A stretch of 64,000 nt of DNA from Escherichia coli (GCF_050920415.1 NZ_CP169309.1), one strand, 5' to 3'. Shown: positions 34,282 through 46,266, numbered from the stretch's first letter. A program made the numbers and translations. Notes: generated by a model not told the origin, from the letters alone.

Positions 34282-35103
34282 ATGTCTATGCCAATAAGCA
34301 ATGCCGCTAACAACAAAATTTTTACAGATAATCATTTCGCTCATCATCCAAATGCCGATAAAGAATTAGCAGACAGTATGCCCTCGCATCTTAACTCGGA
34401 AAACATCTATGTCAGACCTCTTGTTCGTGGAAATAACCATAACTATGATGGGGGAAGTGTTGTCGAAATTAGACAGCTTGAAATTGGTAAACAAGGGTAT
34501 TGGCCATTCAATTACGTAACAGCCGCATGTAAAGAATCCGATGGTATTTCAATCACAGGAAACATACGCTGTGGTACCTGGAAGGCCAGCTCAGTATTAG
34601 ACGGAATATACGGTGGAGTATGTAAAAAGGCGCATGTTTCCGCAGCGTTAGAAGCTGGTCTACGGTTTAACCTAACTATGGATTCTAAAATTCCAAACAC
34701 GATACATGAAATAACCCTAGGCCCTGGTTGCAATGTTCCAGGCTATGCGGGAACCACGATAGGATACCTGGCAACACTCCCCCTTGAAAAGGTTGAAAAT
34801 TGGCAAGATACAACATTGCCAAGAATTGATATCTATATTGATCAGATAATGACTGTGTCAGGGGTAGCAAATTCTTCTGGATTCGCCCTTGCTGCATTAC
34901 TTAATGCTAATATTGGAATGGGAAATGACCCAATAATTGGTATAGAAGCCTATCCTGGTACCGCTGAGATCCACGCTAAGATTGGATATAAAGTTATCCC
35001 CGGGGATGAAAATGCACATGTCAAACGTATGACTCTGCAACCGTCATCTCTCCCAGAACTGTTTGAATTAAAAAATGGTGAATGGAATTATATTGGTAAA
35101 TAA
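34282..35103 (+). CDS. yjiC: Uncharacterised protein YjiC
   Basis: 273-aa ORF preceded by a very AT-rich region of about 600 bp; recognised as the yjiC position next to uxuR. Confidence 0.7.
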   Translation: MSMPISNAANNKIFTDNHFAHHPNADKELADSMPSHLNSENIYVRPLVRGNNHNYDGGSVVEIRQLEIGKQGYWPFNYVTAACKESDGISITGNIRCGTWKASSVLDGIYGGVCKKAHVSAALEAGLRFNLTMDSKIPNTIHEITLGPGCNVPGYAGTTIGYLATLPLEKVENWQDTTLPRIDIYIDQIMTVSGVANSSGFALAALLNANIGMGNDPIIGIEAYPGTAEIHAKIGYKVIPGDENAHVKRMTLQPSSLPELFELKNGEWNYIGK

Positions 35104-35243
35104 CCACTGGGAAGAATGAGTACTAACATTCAGGTTATACAGATATTTAAACAATACCCTGCAATTTACAAAGTAATACTCATTGCAACTTCTTAATTTA
35201 AGAAAGCGCAAGGAACGTTTACCCTTGCGCTTATCATAATAAG

Positions 35244-36017
35244 TCAGGCGTCGACTTTATCCAGCGGCCATGAATCAAACAGATAGCCATCAAAATAAAT
35301 ATCGTCAACGTTCGAGAATTCAAGCAGACGTTGCTTCACGTTTTCCAGATGCTGCCACATTGCCAGCTTCGCCGCTCGGGCGTCTTTTTTGATTAACGCG
35401 GCGAGGATCTGTTTGTGATCGCCCAACCACTCTTTGCGATACAGGCTGTCATCCAGATGGCTGTGCAATTGGATCCACATTGGATTGTTTTCCCGCCACT
35501 GCCAGGACTGACGGAATAGCTCCACCAGCATGCTGTTATGCGTTGCTTCGGCAATGGCGAGATGGAACTGCATATCACCGCTTTCGCTGCTACCCGGCGC
35601 GCTGGAAGCCAGTTCACGCTCTTCCAGTTGCAATGCCTGACGCATTTTGACGATATCTTCGCGGGTAGCCTGCAGGGCGGCAAATTCCGCGATGTTACTT
35701 TCCAGTAACTGACGCGCCTGTAACAGCTCAAAAGGACCCGCATCATTGCAAACGTTGGCATCCGGACCGTCTGTGTTCTGGCTGTCTGAGCTATCAAGAA
35801 CATAAATACCGGCACCCCGGCGCACTTCCACCAGCCCTTTGATCTCCAGCATGATCAGCGCTTCACGTACCACCGTCCGCGTGACATCAAGCATTTCTGC
35901 AATTTCACGCTCCGGCGGCAGCCGTTCGCCAGGATTGTACGGCGTCTTTATGATCAGATCGCGGATCATCGCCCCGACTTCCTGGTAAGGTCTTTGCGCA
36001 GAGGTGGCAGATTTCAT
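35244..36017 (-). CDS. uxuR: GntR/FadR-family repressor UxuR
   Basis: 257-aa ORF with N-terminal GntR HTH and FadR-like C-terminal domain; adjacent to uxuB/uxuA. Confidence 0.9.
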   Translation of the reverse strand: MKSATSAQRPYQEVGAMIRDLIIKTPYNPGERLPPEREIAEMLDVTRTVVREALIMLEIKGLVEVRRGAGIYVLDSSDSQNTDGPDANVCNDAGPFELLQARQLLESNIAEFAALQATREDIVKMRQALQLEERELASSAPGSSESGDMQFHLAIAEATHNSMLVELFRQSWQWRENNPMWIQLHSHLDDSLYRKEWLGDHKQILAALIKKDARAAKLAMWQHLENVKQRLLEFSNVDDIYFDGYLFDSWPLDKVDA

Positions 36018-36054
36018 GGTGTTGTGTCCGTTAGGTGCAGTTAATCAAATTTTT

Positions 36055-36088
36055 GCCGGATGCGTCGTGCACGCCTTATCCGGCCTAC
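36055..36088. repeat. REP element
   Basis: GCCGGATGCGTCGTGCACGCCTTATCCGGCCTAC between uxuR and uxuB. Confidence 0.7.
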
Positions 36089-36230
36089 AACGGGCGATTT
36101 TACGGCCCCCGTCAATCTCAAACTATACCATTAGCACTGGAAGTTGGCACGTACAGGTGGGCAAAAAACGAAAACTGGTCAACCAAATATTATTTTGATT
36201 GACCAGTAAGTCTGTTGGGTAATCAGTTAG

Positions 36231-37691
36231 TTACAGCGCAGCCACACACTCGCGCGCACCGCGTTCGCACAGCTGCTGATATGCCGCCGTCACCGCGCCA
36301 ACAAAGTCGGCATTCTGCGGCAGATCATCGGCAAAAATACCGCTCAGGCCCAGCAGCGCTTTCACGCGGTCTGCGCCCTGATACTGCGCGTTAATCTTCT
36401 GGAACTCGGCCAGCATCGGGTCAACCACGTCAATGGCATTACCCTGCTCATCCACACCCTGGGTGTAGCGCATCCAGCCAGCCACGCCGAGCGCCAGGTG
36501 ACGCCAGCTACCGCCGTTTTGTAGGTGCAGACGCACCGGGTCCAGCAAACGCTGCGGTAACTTCTGGCTGCCGTCCATCGCAATCTGCCAGGTACGGTGA
36601 CGCAGAGACGGGTTGCTGAAACGCTCGATCAGCAGCGTCGCATAGGCGTTCAGGTCCGTACCTTCCGGCATCGACAGCGTTGGCGCTTGTTCCTGCATCA
36701 TCAGGGCAAAGGCCGCTTTGCGATAATCCGGATTAGTCATGGTGTCGGCAATGGTTTCATAGCCGCCGAGGTAACCGAGGTACGCCAGGAAAGAGTGGCT
36801 GCCGTTCAGCATACGCAATTTCATCATTTCGAACGGCACAACGTCTGCAACGAACTGTGCGCCCACTTTATCCCAGTCCGGGCGACCATTAACGAAGTTA
36901 TCTTCAATCACCCACTGACGGAACGGTTCGCAGGCAATGGCACACGGGTCATAAACACCCAGCTGGTCAGCAATTTCCTGTAAGGTTTCTGGCGTCGCAG
37001 CCGGAACGATGCGGTCAACCATGGTGCACGGGAAGGTGACATTCTCTTCAATCCATGCAGCCAGCTGCGGATCACGCGCCTGAGCCAGCCCCAGAACGGC
37101 AACTTTTGCCACGTGGCCGTTTTCACGCACGTTGTCGCAGGACATGACAGTAAACGCTTTCAGCCCTTTTTCACGACGCAGACGCAAAGCTTCAACGATG
37201 TAACCAATCGCGGACTTCGGCGCAGTCGGGTTTTCCAGATCGTGCTTGATCAGCGGGTTATTGAGATCCAGCTGACCGCTCGCCGCATCGGCGCAATAAC
37301 CTTTCTCTGTGACTGTCAGGGAGACAATCGCCGTCTGCGGACGCGCCATCGCGTTGAGAATACCTTCACAACCGTCGATTTCCGGGTGCAGCGCTTCTTT
37401 CATCGAGCCAATAATTTTCAGCTCGGTGCTTTCTGCGCCTTTTTCCGCTACGGTGTACAGCAGTTGCTGTTTTTTCAGGTTTTCGATCAGCACACGGTCG
37501 TTGCCTGGCATCAGGTTAACTTCGCAGATCCCCCAGTCGCTATCCGTGCTTTCCAGCAGGTGATGGGTGTACAGCGCCTGGTGCGCGCGGTGAAACGCCC
37601 CGCAACCGAGATGCACAATGCGTGATTCCAGACGAGAATGATCCCATGACGGGCGGGCAACCGGCAGATTGCTGTCAACAATAGTAGTCAT
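36231..37691 (-). CDS. uxuB: D-mannonate oxidoreductase UxuB
   Basis: 486-aa ORF recognised as UxuB (mannitol-dehydrogenase family). Confidence 0.9.
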   Translation of the reverse strand: MTTIVDSNLPVARPSWDHSRLESRIVHLGCGAFHRAHQALYTHHLLESTDSDWGICEVNLMPGNDRVLIENLKKQQLLYTVAEKGAESTELKIIGSMKEALHPEIDGCEGILNAMARPQTAIVSLTVTEKGYCADAASGQLDLNNPLIKHDLENPTAPKSAIGYIVEALRLRREKGLKAFTVMSCDNVRENGHVAKVAVLGLAQARDPQLAAWIEENVTFPCTMVDRIVPAATPETLQEIADQLGVYDPCAIACEPFRQWVIEDNFVNGRPDWDKVGAQFVADVVPFEMMKLRMLNGSHSFLAYLGYLGGYETIADTMTNPDYRKAAFALMMQEQAPTLSMPEGTDLNAYATLLIERFSNPSLRHRTWQIAMDGSQKLPQRLLDPVRLHLQNGGSWRHLALGVAGWMRYTQGVDEQGNAIDVVDPMLAEFQKINAQYQGADRVKALLGLSGIFADDLPQNADFVGAVTAAYQQLCERGARECVAAL

Positions 37692-37771
37692 CGTAAACTC
37701 CAGAATCCGTCTTCAGAGAGTGACGGCAAGGAAGAAGGAACCGGCACGGCGCGCAGCCATGCCGGTGGATA

Positions 37772-38956
37772 TTAACGGCTAAAGAAAGCGCGCTGGATCG
37801 CCATTTCGACGCCGCGAACTTCAGCCAGACCTTTCAGACGACCAATCGCGGAGTAACCTGGGTTGGTTTTCTTCTTCAGGTCGTCCAGCATCTGATGACC
37901 GTGGTCCGGACGCATCGGGATCAGGTCTTCTTTGCCTTCCGCTTTACGACGGTGTTCTTCTTCAACAATCGCTTTCACCACTTCGTACATATCAACGTCA
38001 CCGTTCAGGTGCGCCGCTTCGTGGAAGGTTTTCGGGTTATCTTCACGCATGGTGGAACGCAGATGGGTGAAGTAAATACGCGGACCGAACTGCTTGATCA
38101 TATCAACCAGATCGTTGTCAGCACGCACGCCGTAGGAACCGGTGCACATGGTGAAACCGTTCGCCATGCTGTTTACGGTATCAACCATCCACTGCATATC
38201 TTCAATGGTGGAAACGATACGCGGCAGGCCGAGGATTGGGCGCGGCGGATCGTCCGGGTGAACAGCCATACGCACGCCAACTTCTTCCGCAACTGGAATG
38301 ATCGCCTTCAGGAAGACCGCAAAGTTTTCGCGCAGTTTGGCTTTGTCGATATCTTTGTACAGCTCCAGGTGCTTACGGAACTGGTCAAGGGTGTAGCCTT
38401 CTTCCGCGCCCGGCAGACCGGCAATGATGTTACGGGTCAGACGCGCTTTGTCTTCGTCGCTCATAGTGGCGAAGCGTTCAGCGGCCTGAGCAATTTCTTC
38501 TTCGGTGTAATCCGCTTCCGCGCCTGGACGCTTGAGGATGTGCATTTCAAACGCAGCAAATTCGATCTGGTCGAAGCGCAGAGCTTTGGAGCCATCTGGC
38601 AGCACGTATTCGAGGTCAGTACGGGTCCAGTCGAGCACCGGCATGAAGTTGTAGCACACGGTGCGAATGCCGCACTGCGCCAGATTGCGCAGAGTTTGCT
38701 GATAGTTAGCGATCCACTGCTCGTAGTTGCCAGTATGAGTTTTGATATCTTCGTGAATTGGCACGCTTTCTACGACAGACCACACCAGGCCTGCGTCTTC
38801 AACGATCGCCTTGCGTTTGAGGATCTCTTCTACGGACCATACTTCCCCGTTCGGGATATGGTGCAAAGCGGTAACCACGCCAGTCGCGCCCGCCTGACGG
38901 ACATCAGCTAAAGTGACCGGATCATTAGGGCCGTACCAGCGCCAGGTCTGTTCCAT
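37772..38956 (-). CDS. uxuA: D-mannonate dehydratase UxuA
   Basis: 394 aa from [14 protein letters not shown]; the 12-codon upstream extension in the ORF track is probably not used. Confidence 0.9.
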   Translation of the reverse strand: MEQTWRWYGPNDPVTLADVRQAGATGVVTALHHIPNGEVWSVEEILKRKAIVEDAGLVWSVVESVPIHEDIKTHTGNYEQWIANYQQTLRNLAQCGIRTVCYNFMPVLDWTRTDLEYVLPDGSKALRFDQIEFAAFEMHILKRPGAEADYTEEEIAQAAERFATMSDEDKARLTRNIIAGLPGAEEGYTLDQFRKHLELYKDIDKAKLRENFAVFLKAIIPVAEEVGVRMAVHPDDPPRPILGLPRIVSTIEDMQWMVDTVNSMANGFTMCTGSYGVRADNDLVDMIKQFGPRIYFTHLRSTMREDNPKTFHEAAHLNGDVDMYEVVKAIVEEEHRRKAEGKEDLIPMRPDHGHQMLDDLKKKTNPGYSAIGRLKGLAEVRGVEMAIQRAFFSR

Positions 38957-39295
38957 GATTTTTCCTCTTTCACATAGTGGGTTCCACAGCAAAAAAACGC
39001 GGAATCCCGGAGTTGTTTAGGTATCCGGATGAACAACCAGACCGCAGCCGTGGCATTGCATCGGATGAGATGGCGTATAAGTTCTACCTTTTGGTAAGAC
39101 ATGTCAACCCGAATTCAAAAATTGGTTAACCACATCACAAGATTTTCACGCGCACGCTCGTTGCTGCAAATTGCAGCAAAGGGTAATTGATAGTTATTAA
39201 TCAGAGGGTGTGACATTCATCGCAACAATGGTTGACCAATTTACATAACATGTCGCCCAAAATAACAACGGTTCAACCAGGTAAGGTAAAACGTT

Positions 39296-40639
39296 ATGCA
39301 TGTGCTTAACATTCTTTGGGTAGTATTCGGTATCGGTCTGATGCTGGTACTGAATTTGAAGTTCAAAATCAATTCAATGGTGGCTTTGCTAGTGGCGGCG
39401 CTATCCGTCGGGATGTTGGCGGGCATGGATTTGATGTCGCTGCTGCACACCATGAAAGCGGGCTTCGGCAACACGCTGGGGGAACTGGCAATCATTGTTG
39501 TGTTCGGTGCGGTCATTGGTAAATTGATGGTCGACTCCGGCGCGGCTCATCAGATAGCGCATACGCTGCTGGCGCGTCTCGGCCTGCGCTATGTCCAGAT
39601 ATCGGTGATTATCATCGGCCTGATTTTTGGTCTGGCGATGTTCTATGAAGTGGCCTTTATCATGTTAGCGCCGCTGGTTATCGTCATTGCCGCCGAAGCT
39701 AAAATTCCGTTCCTGAAACTGGCTATTCCGGCAGTAGCGGCTGCTACCACCGCACATTCACTTTTCCCTCCGCAGCCGGGTCCGGTGGCGCTGGTGAATG
39801 CTTATGGTGCAGATATGGGGATGGTTTATATCTATGGTGTACTGGTGACAATCCCAAGCGTAATCTGCGCAGGCCTGATTCTGCCGAAGTTCCTCGGTAA
39901 TCTTGAGCGCCCAACGCCATCATTCCTCAAAGCGGATCAACCGGTGGATATGAATAATCTCCCCTCTTTCGGCGTTTCGATTCTGGTACCGCTGATCCCG
40001 GCGATCATTATGATCTCTACCACTATCGCCAATATCTGGCTGGTCAAAGACACCCCTGCGTGGGAAGTCGTTAACTTTATCGGTTCATCGCCGATTGCAA
40101 TGTTTATTGCGATGGTGGTTGCATTCGTACTCTTTGGCACCGCGCGTGGTCATGACATGCAGTGGGTGATGAACGCCTTTGAAAGCGCGGTAAAAAGCAT
40201 TGCGATGGTGATTCTGATCATCGGTGCGGGCGGCGTGCTGAAGCAGACCATCATCGACACCGGCATTGGTGACACCATCGGCATGTTGATGTCCCACGGC
40301 AATATCTCGCCCTACATCATGGCGTGGCTGATCACTGTGCTAATTCGTCTGGCGACGGGTCAAGGTGTGGTTTCGGCGATGACTGCCGCCGGGATTATCA
40401 GTGCTGCAATCCTTGATCCAGCAACCGGTCAACTGGTTGGCGTGAATCCGGCGCTGCTGGTACTGGCGACGGCTGCGGGTTCCAACACCCTCACCCACAT
40501 TAACGATGCCTCATTCTGGTTGTTCAAAGGTTACTTTGACCTGTCAGTAAAAGACACGTTGAAAACATGGGGTCTGCTGGAGCTGGTCAACTCCGTGGTT
40601 GGGCTGATTATTGTGTTGATTATTAGCATGGTAGCGTAA
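39296..40639 (+). CDS. gntP: GntP-family gluconate/fructuronate transporter
   Basis: 447-aa polytopic permease, divergent from uxuA. Confidence 0.9.
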   Translation: MHVLNILWVVFGIGLMLVLNLKFKINSMVALLVAALSVGMLAGMDLMSLLHTMKAGFGNTLGELAIIVVFGAVIGKLMVDSGAAHQIAHTLLARLGLRYVQISVIIIGLIFGLAMFYEVAFIMLAPLVIVIAAEAKIPFLKLAIPAVAAATTAHSLFPPQPGPVALVNAYGADMGMVYIYGVLVTIPSVICAGLILPKFLGNLERPTPSFLKADQPVDMNNLPSFGVSILVPLIPAIIMISTTIANIWLVKDTPAWEVVNFIGSSPIAMFIAMVVAFVLFGTARGHDMQWVMNAFESAVKSIAMVILIIGAGGVLKQTIIDTGIGDTIGMLMSHGNISPYIMAWLITVLIRLATGQGVVSAMTAAGIISAAILDPATGQLVGVNPALLVLATAAGSNTLTHINDASFWLFKGYFDLSVKDTLKTWGLLELVNSVVGLIIVLIISMVA

Positions 40640-40704
40640 AAGAACACCAGAGCCTGCCAATGGCAGGCTCAGTTCGGATTGTCGGCAAAGTGCGCTTTGT
40701 TTAT

Positions 40705-40790
40705 GCCAGATGCGACGCTGGCGCGTCTTATCTGGCCTACAAAGGGCTAACGTGCGGGTTTGTAGGTAGCGTAGCGCATCAGGCAATATT
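40705..40790. repeat. REP/BIME elements
   Basis: CCAGATGCGACGCTGGCGCGTCTTATCTGGCCTACAAA and GTAGGTAGCGTAGCGCATCAGGCA motifs between gntP and fimH. Confidence 0.6.
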
Positions 40791-40823
40791 GCGTACCAGC
40801 ATTAGCAATGTCCTGTGATTTCT

Positions 40824-41726
40824 TTATTGATAAACAAAAGTCACGCCAATAATCGATTGCACATTCCCTGCAGTCACCTGCCCTCCGGTACGTGCGTAAT
40901 TTGCCGTTAATCCCAGACTTACCGCCGAAGTCCCTACTGCTCCTAACGATACCGTGTTATTCGCTGGAATAATCGTACCGTTGCGCGTCAACTGTACGCC
41001 GACGCCCTGTGCTGGTGAAAACGACGCGGTATTGGTGAAAATCGAATTGCCCGCATCTGCGGTTGTGCCGGAGAGGTAATACCCCAGGTTCTGGCTTTTC
41101 GCACAATAAACGGTAAGAGGAATAGGTACCGAACCGGGATAGTCCGGCAGAGTCACGGTGACATCACGAGCAGAAACATCACAGCCGCCAGTAGGCACCA
41201 CCACATCATTATTGGCGTAAATATTCCACACAAACTGGAAATCATCGCTGTTATAGTTATTGGTCTGTCGCAAAATTAGCACGGCAATTAATGAGCCAGC
41301 CTTAATCGCCACCCCACCCGCACTGCTCACAGGCGTCAAATAAAGCGCCACCGGCCACGGCTTATCCGTTCTCGAATTATAAACAACGCGCGGCGTTTCG
41401 CTGGTAGTCGGGAAAGGATAGCTACTGCCATTATATTTTACGGTCCCGGAAAAATTAGATAACACGCCGCCATAAGCCGAACCTCGTTGCAGTGTGACAT
41501 AGTCTGTAATGGTTTCCGGGTAATCGTTATGGCAAAAGATTTGCGTCGAAAGATCTACGACCAGGTTTTGCCCCACATTCACGGCGGGCGCAAGGTTTAC
41601 ATAAACATTGGCGCTGCCACCGCCAATAGGGATAGCGGTGCCATTGGCGGTTTTACAGGCGAATGACCAGGCATTTACCGACCAGCCCATCAGCAGTACA
41701 GCAAACAGGGTAATAACTCTTTTCAT
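40824..41726 (-). CDS. fimH: Type 1 fimbrial tip adhesin FimH
   Basis: About 300 aa from MKRVITLFAVLLMGWSVNAWSFACKTANGTAIP; last gene of the fim operon. Confidence 0.95.
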   Translation of the reverse strand: MKRVITLFAVLLMGWSVNAWSFACKTANGTAIPIGGGSANVYVNLAPAVNVGQNLVVDLSTQIFCHNDYPETITDYVTLQRGSAYGGVLSNFSGTVKYNGSSYPFPTTSETPRVVYNSRTDKPWPVALYLTPVSSAGGVAIKAGSLIAVLILRQTNNYNSDDFQFVWNIYANNDVVVPTGGCDVSARDVTVTLPDYPGSVPIPLTVYCAKSQNLGYYLSGTTADAGNSIFTNTASFSPAQGVGVQLTRNGTIIPANNTVSLGAVGTSAVSLGLTANYARTGGQVTAGNVQSIIGVTFVYQ

Positions 41727-41745
41727 TACAATCATCTCTTCGGAT

Positions 41746-42249
41746 TCAGCTGTAGGTATAGGTGATGCTAATCACTGCCTGAATGGTTCCCTGAGTGGCT
41801 CCGCCATTTACCGTCAATGCTCTAACCTGTAACGGGAAGTGCGCTGATTGTGAGGAATCATCCACCTGAACTGTTTTGGTTGCGCCAGTATTCAATGTGT
41901 TGCCACTGTCATCTTGCAGCTCTAACTGGATGTTTTGCGCGGTCCCCTGGTTTTTATAATATCCCGTACTATCGGCTGCCCCGCTGAAGCTGGCGGTGAC
42001 CCTCGATGTTCCCACCGGACAATGAGTCAACTCTAACGCAACATCATGCCAGGCCGATGCCGCACCGGCAGACACGAGACTGAAAGAATAAAGATCGCCG
42101 AGATCAACCGTGGCATTAGTGGTGGAAACCGTGCACGGTTTGGCGACGACCTTACCGTTCACGGTGATCGTGACATCGGCTGCCTGTAGCGTCGCACTTA
42201 CGAGCGTCAACATTGCCGCCAATAAACACCCACGTATGCGCCATTTCAT
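41746..42249 (-). CDS. fimG: Type 1 fimbrial minor subunit FimG
   Basis: About 167-aa pilin-fold ORF in operon position. Confidence 0.9.
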   Translation of the reverse strand: MKWRIRGCLLAAMLTLVSATLQAADVTITVNGKVVAKPCTVSTTNATVDLGDLYSFSLVSAGAASAWHDVALELTHCPVGTSRVTASFSGAADSTGYYKNQGTAQNIQLELQDDSGNTLNTGATKTVQVDDSSQSAHFPLQVRALTVNGGATQGTIQAVISITYTYS

Positions 42250-42261
42250 GAGCATCTCCTG

Positions 42262-42795
42262 TTACTGATATTCAAGAGTGAAGGTAGCCGTGGCATTGAT
42301 ATGCCCCGCAGTGACAGGCACCTGTGTCGCCATTAGCCGGGCGTAAAAATTCAGCGTATTTGGTTTACCCGGCGTCAGGGTCGTCCACGAAATCGCGGAG
42401 GATGGCGCATTAAGGGGGATCTGATTTTGTTGCTCATTCAGAAGCTGTATTCCCAGCCCCGCAGCCGCTGACACCGTATTTTCAAGTGCAAGCAGATTGG
42501 CATTGTGACTATCTGCAACGCCGGTAAACCCAACCTTTACGGCAGAAACGGCATTACCACAGGGTGACAGCAAAATACGAAATGGAACGACAGGAGTCGT
42601 CGCGCCAATGTTGTTAAATTGCTTCGCCGCGTTTTCCATCAGATCAACAGTAAAATTGGTTGATTCAGCGGCCACACTACAGCCGTTATCTCTGACATAG
42701 CCGCGGATAGTAATCGTGCTATCCGCAGCCAAAGCGTGACTTACCGCCAGCCACAAAAAAGCGCACAGAAGATAAAAAGGTTTGCTTTTCATCAC
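42262..42795 (-). CDS. fimF: Type 1 fimbrial minor subunit FimF
   Basis: About 176-aa pilin-fold ORF in operon position. Confidence 0.9.
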   Translation of the reverse strand: MMKSKPFYLLCAFLWLAVSHALAADSTITIRGYVRDNGCSVAAESTNFTVDLMENAAKQFNNIGATTPVVPFRILLSPCGNAVSAVKVGFTGVADSHNANLLALENTVSAAAGLGIQLLNEQQNQIPLNAPSSAISWTTLTPGKPNTLNFYARLMATQVPVTAGHINATATFTLEYQ

Positions 42796-42801
42796 GCCCC
42801 C

Positions 42802-45438
42802 TTAACGACATTCAGCTGATAGCTGGGTTAATAACTGCTGCTGACTCTCTGGTGGCAGTTGATAATTGGCGACACAGTGAGCATTTTCCTCTTCTCCCCA
42901 TTTCACCTGAACTTTTCCCGCTAAAGGCATCCCGCTGAGATAAACCTGACCATTATCCGCAACAATGCCGCTACTCTGGCTACTCTCTGATGTGACCATC
43001 GCCCCAAACGGCAGCGGCTTATTATTATGGGTTAGCGTCATGAGCAGTTTTATCCCAACACGCGCTTTAAACTCTGCTCGCACAATTGCCCCACGGGTGG
43101 GAACAACGTTAGCGACCGCGTTATCTAAATCGACGTTATCAGCCAGGGTATTGGTATCCAGCGCCACTCTATTTTCCCGATATTCTGTGGCATAAGGCAG
43201 CACGGCATAGCCGCGCCAGTCGGTACGCACCCCCGTCTGGTTTTCAACTTTTGCATCTTTTGCGCCAGGCGCTTTAACAAGCACCACCGTATCGTTTAAC
43301 GGCTGCCCCAGCGTTACGCCATTGGCATGAGCCAATACCCCACCGCTGATTCCGTAATAGAGCTGCTTAATATCATCGCTATGGCTGTAACCAATGTTGG
43401 CATTGCCGTAGCCACCGCGATAATTCAGCGCGGCGTAGCCTGTACTTCCGCTATTTCCATCGCCTCCCCCGGCATAGCCGGTTTGCACGCTATAACTGAG
43501 GTTGTTGTCTTCCAGCAACGTACCGTATACACCGGCCAGATTGGTCATCCGACCGTTGAGATCGTGTGACATGCTGTAGCTGGCACTGGCATGTCGCCAC
43601 TGAGATTTACTGTCAGAACGCAGCCAGTGGCTGAAAGGAATATTGATGTTAAGAGCCAACATCTGATCCCGTCCTTTTTGCCACGCGTTTTTCGTCAGGC
43701 TATAGCTGAGCGTCCAGTTGATATCTTCGAAAGCAGTATTTAATCCAGCCTGGAATTGCTCATCGACATTACTCGTTCCCCAATAAGTTTGATGGCTACC
43801 ACTCAAATACAGTGTTGATGTGCGTCCGAGTTGCTGAGTAACAGTGAGCTGTAATTTCCCGCGTTTGTTATAAGCGAGATTGTAATAGTCGGTAAATTTC
43901 GGCTTAACCTGAATAACACCATCCTGTGTTTCGATGTTGTAGCCACTCATTCGGCTGTATGTTGTATCAGCGAAATTAAAATACCCGCTGGTCGAGTAAC
44001 GGTAACCCACTAACTGAAAATTCGTACCTGACTCATTGAGCGATTTGTTATAGAGAAAACGCACCGATTGACCGTCATGCTGACTGTCATCAGGAAGTGT
44101 GGAATTAGCCTGCGTCATATCCACGGACAGAGCGCCCAGTGCCCCCATGTTTTTCCCGATACCGAAATTAAAAGCGCGATAACGATCCGCCAGTTGCGTT
44201 CCACCATATATTGTCCAGCCAGCCGGAAGGCCGTGGAGTAATGTACTCTGGAAAAAACGGGGTTTATCCTGTTGCGCATTTCCACTACGGTATTCTCCAG
44301 CCGTAATGGAATAACGAGTATGCCCTTCACGTTGCAAAAGCGGGACTGACGAATAGGGTACGGTAAAGATCTGCGTGCTACCGTCAGCCTCTTTAATCGT
44401 TACCTGCAAGTCACCACTATTACCTGCGGCATAGATATCGTTGATGGTAAAAGGCCCCGGTGGCACCGTACTATTATAAATGTCATACCCATTTTGTTTA
44501 ATAGTGACCTGTGCAGTACCACGCGCAATACCGTGGATCACCGGGGCAAATCCTCTTTGGCTATCGGGTAACATATTGTCATCTGAGGCCAATTGTGCGC
44601 CGCGAAAGTTAATACCATCGAAAATATCGCCCTGAGTATAACCATCACCCAGCGTCAGCCGGGAACGTAACGGAATTATGTCTCGCTCAAGCCAGGTATT
44701 GATATGTTGCCATTTATTTTTGCTACCTGATGAACTGTCGCTACTGTTATAACTCCAGGTGGTATTGTCGCGTAAACGCCATGCACCAATATTTAACCCA
44801 CTCTGTAGGTTTAAATATGCATAATGGCTGTTACCACCAATCCGATTCTGTACACTATTTCCGCTGAAATTATAATTGAGCAATCCGGCATTAATACCGG
44901 GGTCCCATAACTCTGGAGGAATATAACCACGCGCGCGATTACTCATAAATGCCTGAGGGATCGTCAGGTTGAGTCGCTGCTGACCAACATCTAAATGCGC
45001 AGTAGCGTCATGGATCATTGTGGTTAATGGCACGCAGGCATCATCCGCCAGCAAATTCATACCGGAGACAGAAGCCGTATTCAGCCCCATACTGGCAAGT
45101 TGAGCGCGCGTCAGGCAGGGAACAATCCCTTGTTCACTGTCGCCCGTATTAAAGGTGACATCACGCGTTGCCATATAACCATTATTCAAATAGATATCGA
45201 CGCGATACGTCCCAGGTGGTAATTCTTGACCATTCTCAAAACGCGATAAATCAGCCACAGCCTGGGGATCATCCGCTAAAAAACGCGGGTTAAAATAGAG
45301 TTCGGCAGATGACAAAGGTGCCTGTGTGGCAAAAACACAGGCAACAGAGAGCCGAACAAAAAAACCAGCCAGACGAGGCTTACGAATATGCAAGCATTGT
45401 GTGTTTCGCTGGTAAAGTCTTAAATTCAGATATGACAT
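42802..45438 (-). CDS. fimD: Type 1 fimbrial outer-membrane usher FimD
   Basis: 878-aa usher-family protein. Confidence 0.95.
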   Translation of the reverse strand: MSYLNLRLYQRNTQCLHIRKPRLAGFFVRLSVACVFATQAPLSSAELYFNPRFLADDPQAVADLSRFENGQELPPGTYRVDIYLNNGYMATRDVTFNTGDSEQGIVPCLTRAQLASMGLNTASVSGMNLLADDACVPLTTMIHDATAHLDVGQQRLNLTIPQAFMSNRARGYIPPELWDPGINAGLLNYNFSGNSVQNRIGGNSHYAYLNLQSGLNIGAWRLRDNTTWSYNSSDSSSGSKNKWQHINTWLERDIIPLRSRLTLGDGYTQGDIFDGINFRGAQLASDDNMLPDSQRGFAPVIHGIARGTAQVTIKQNGYDIYNSTVPPGPFTINDIYAAGNSGDLQVTIKEADGSTQIFTVPYSSVPLLQREGHTRYSITAGEYRSGNAQQDKPRFFQSTLLHGLPAGWTIYGGTQLADRYRAFNFGIGKNMGALGALSVDMTQANSTLPDDSQHDGQSVRFLYNKSLNESGTNFQLVGYRYSTSGYFNFADTTYSRMSGYNIETQDGVIQVKPKFTDYYNLAYNKRGKLQLTVTQQLGRTSTLYLSGSHQTYWGTSNVDEQFQAGLNTAFEDINWTLSYSLTKNAWQKGRDQMLALNINIPFSHWLRSDSKSQWRHASASYSMSHDLNGRMTNLAGVYGTLLEDNNLSYSVQTGYAGGGDGNSGSTGYAALNYRGGYGNANIGYSHSDDIKQLYYGISGGVLAHANGVTLGQPLNDTVVLVKAPGAKDAKVENQTGVRTDWRGYAVLPYATEYRENRVALDTNTLADNVDLDNAVANVVPTRGAIVRAEFKARVGIKLLMTLTHNNKPLPFGAMVTSESSQSSGIVADNGQVYLSGMPLAGKVQVKWGEEENAHCVANYQLPPESQQQLLTQLSAECR

Positions 45439-45504
45439 TATTCCTCCGGTTTAAAATTACCCGGCAGTCAATTCTTTTTATTCAGGCGAAAAATTCCCCC
45501 TGCG

Positions 45505-46230
45505 TTATACCATTACGCCCGTCATTTTTGGAGTAAGTGCGCCATAATCATTTATTGTTCGGTAAGTAATGTTGCTTCCTGCATCAGAAGGTAATTTAAC
45601 TGTGCTTTCGCCCATTGGAGGCACCAATGCATTTTCAAGAACCCGAGTTCCGGCATTCAACTCTGTTACCGTCAGGTAATAGGGTGTCGGGTTAATCAGC
45701 GTCAGAGAATTCGCGCTACGACGAAATCTTAACTTTTCTGCGGCCTGATCGGGTGGCAACGCTAATTTAGCCGGGCGATAGTACAATTTAATGCGGCTGA
45801 TAATTGCGAGCTGTAGCGTATTCTCAGTCAATTTTGATTTATCCATTGACGGAATCGCTTTAACGTTCATCCAGAATAAACTTTCCCGGTCCTGTGGCAA
45901 TTGGTTATTTGTTGCATCAAGAATACGCAAGGTATTCTCTTTTTTTCCCTTCATCGCAAACAGAGGTGGTGTCACGATAAAACGACCATCCTTTACACCA
46001 TCGGCATTTTCTACCCATGATTGAATTAAATAGGTGCTATTTTCATCATTATTTGTCACGGCAAGTTGTACTTGTTTTTGCCCTGCCGGATAAATAACGC
46101 GAGTCGCACCTAAGGCCACTCCTGCTTCCGCGCGTCCGGCAGCCATCATTGCCATGATCATCAGGATACCTGCCAGCAAGCAGAATGTTATTTCCTGCAA
46201 TTTCCTTACATTGACGTTTTTATTACTCAC
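45505..46230 (-). CDS. fimC: Type 1 fimbrial periplasmic chaperone FimC
   Basis: 241-aa PapD-like chaperone. Confidence 0.95.
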   Translation of the reverse strand: MSNKNVNVRKLQEITFCLLAGILMIMAMMAAGRAEAGVALGATRVIYPAGQKQVQLAVTNNDENSTYLIQSWVENADGVKDGRFIVTPPLFAMKGKKENTLRILDATNNQLPQDRESLFWMNVKAIPSMDKSKLTENTLQLAIISRIKLYYRPAKLALPPDQAAEKLRFRRSANSLTLINPTPYYLTVTELNAGTRVLENALVPPMGESTVKLPSDAGSNITYRTINDYGALTPKMTGVMV

Positions 46231-46266
46231 TGTCCTGTTCCTGTTATCACATTATCTGCTGAACAA

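Noticed and set aside
37895-38911. 338-aa ORF antisense to uxuA, and similar long antisense ORFs (62891-63652 opposite idnT, 29728-30357 opposite yjiH, 10018-10557 opposite yjiR, 61499-61966 opposite idnO)
   Set aside because: Each is fully embedded antisense in a well-recognised gene and has an odd composition (His/Arg/Val-rich); these are typical shadow ORFs of GC-rich coding sequence.
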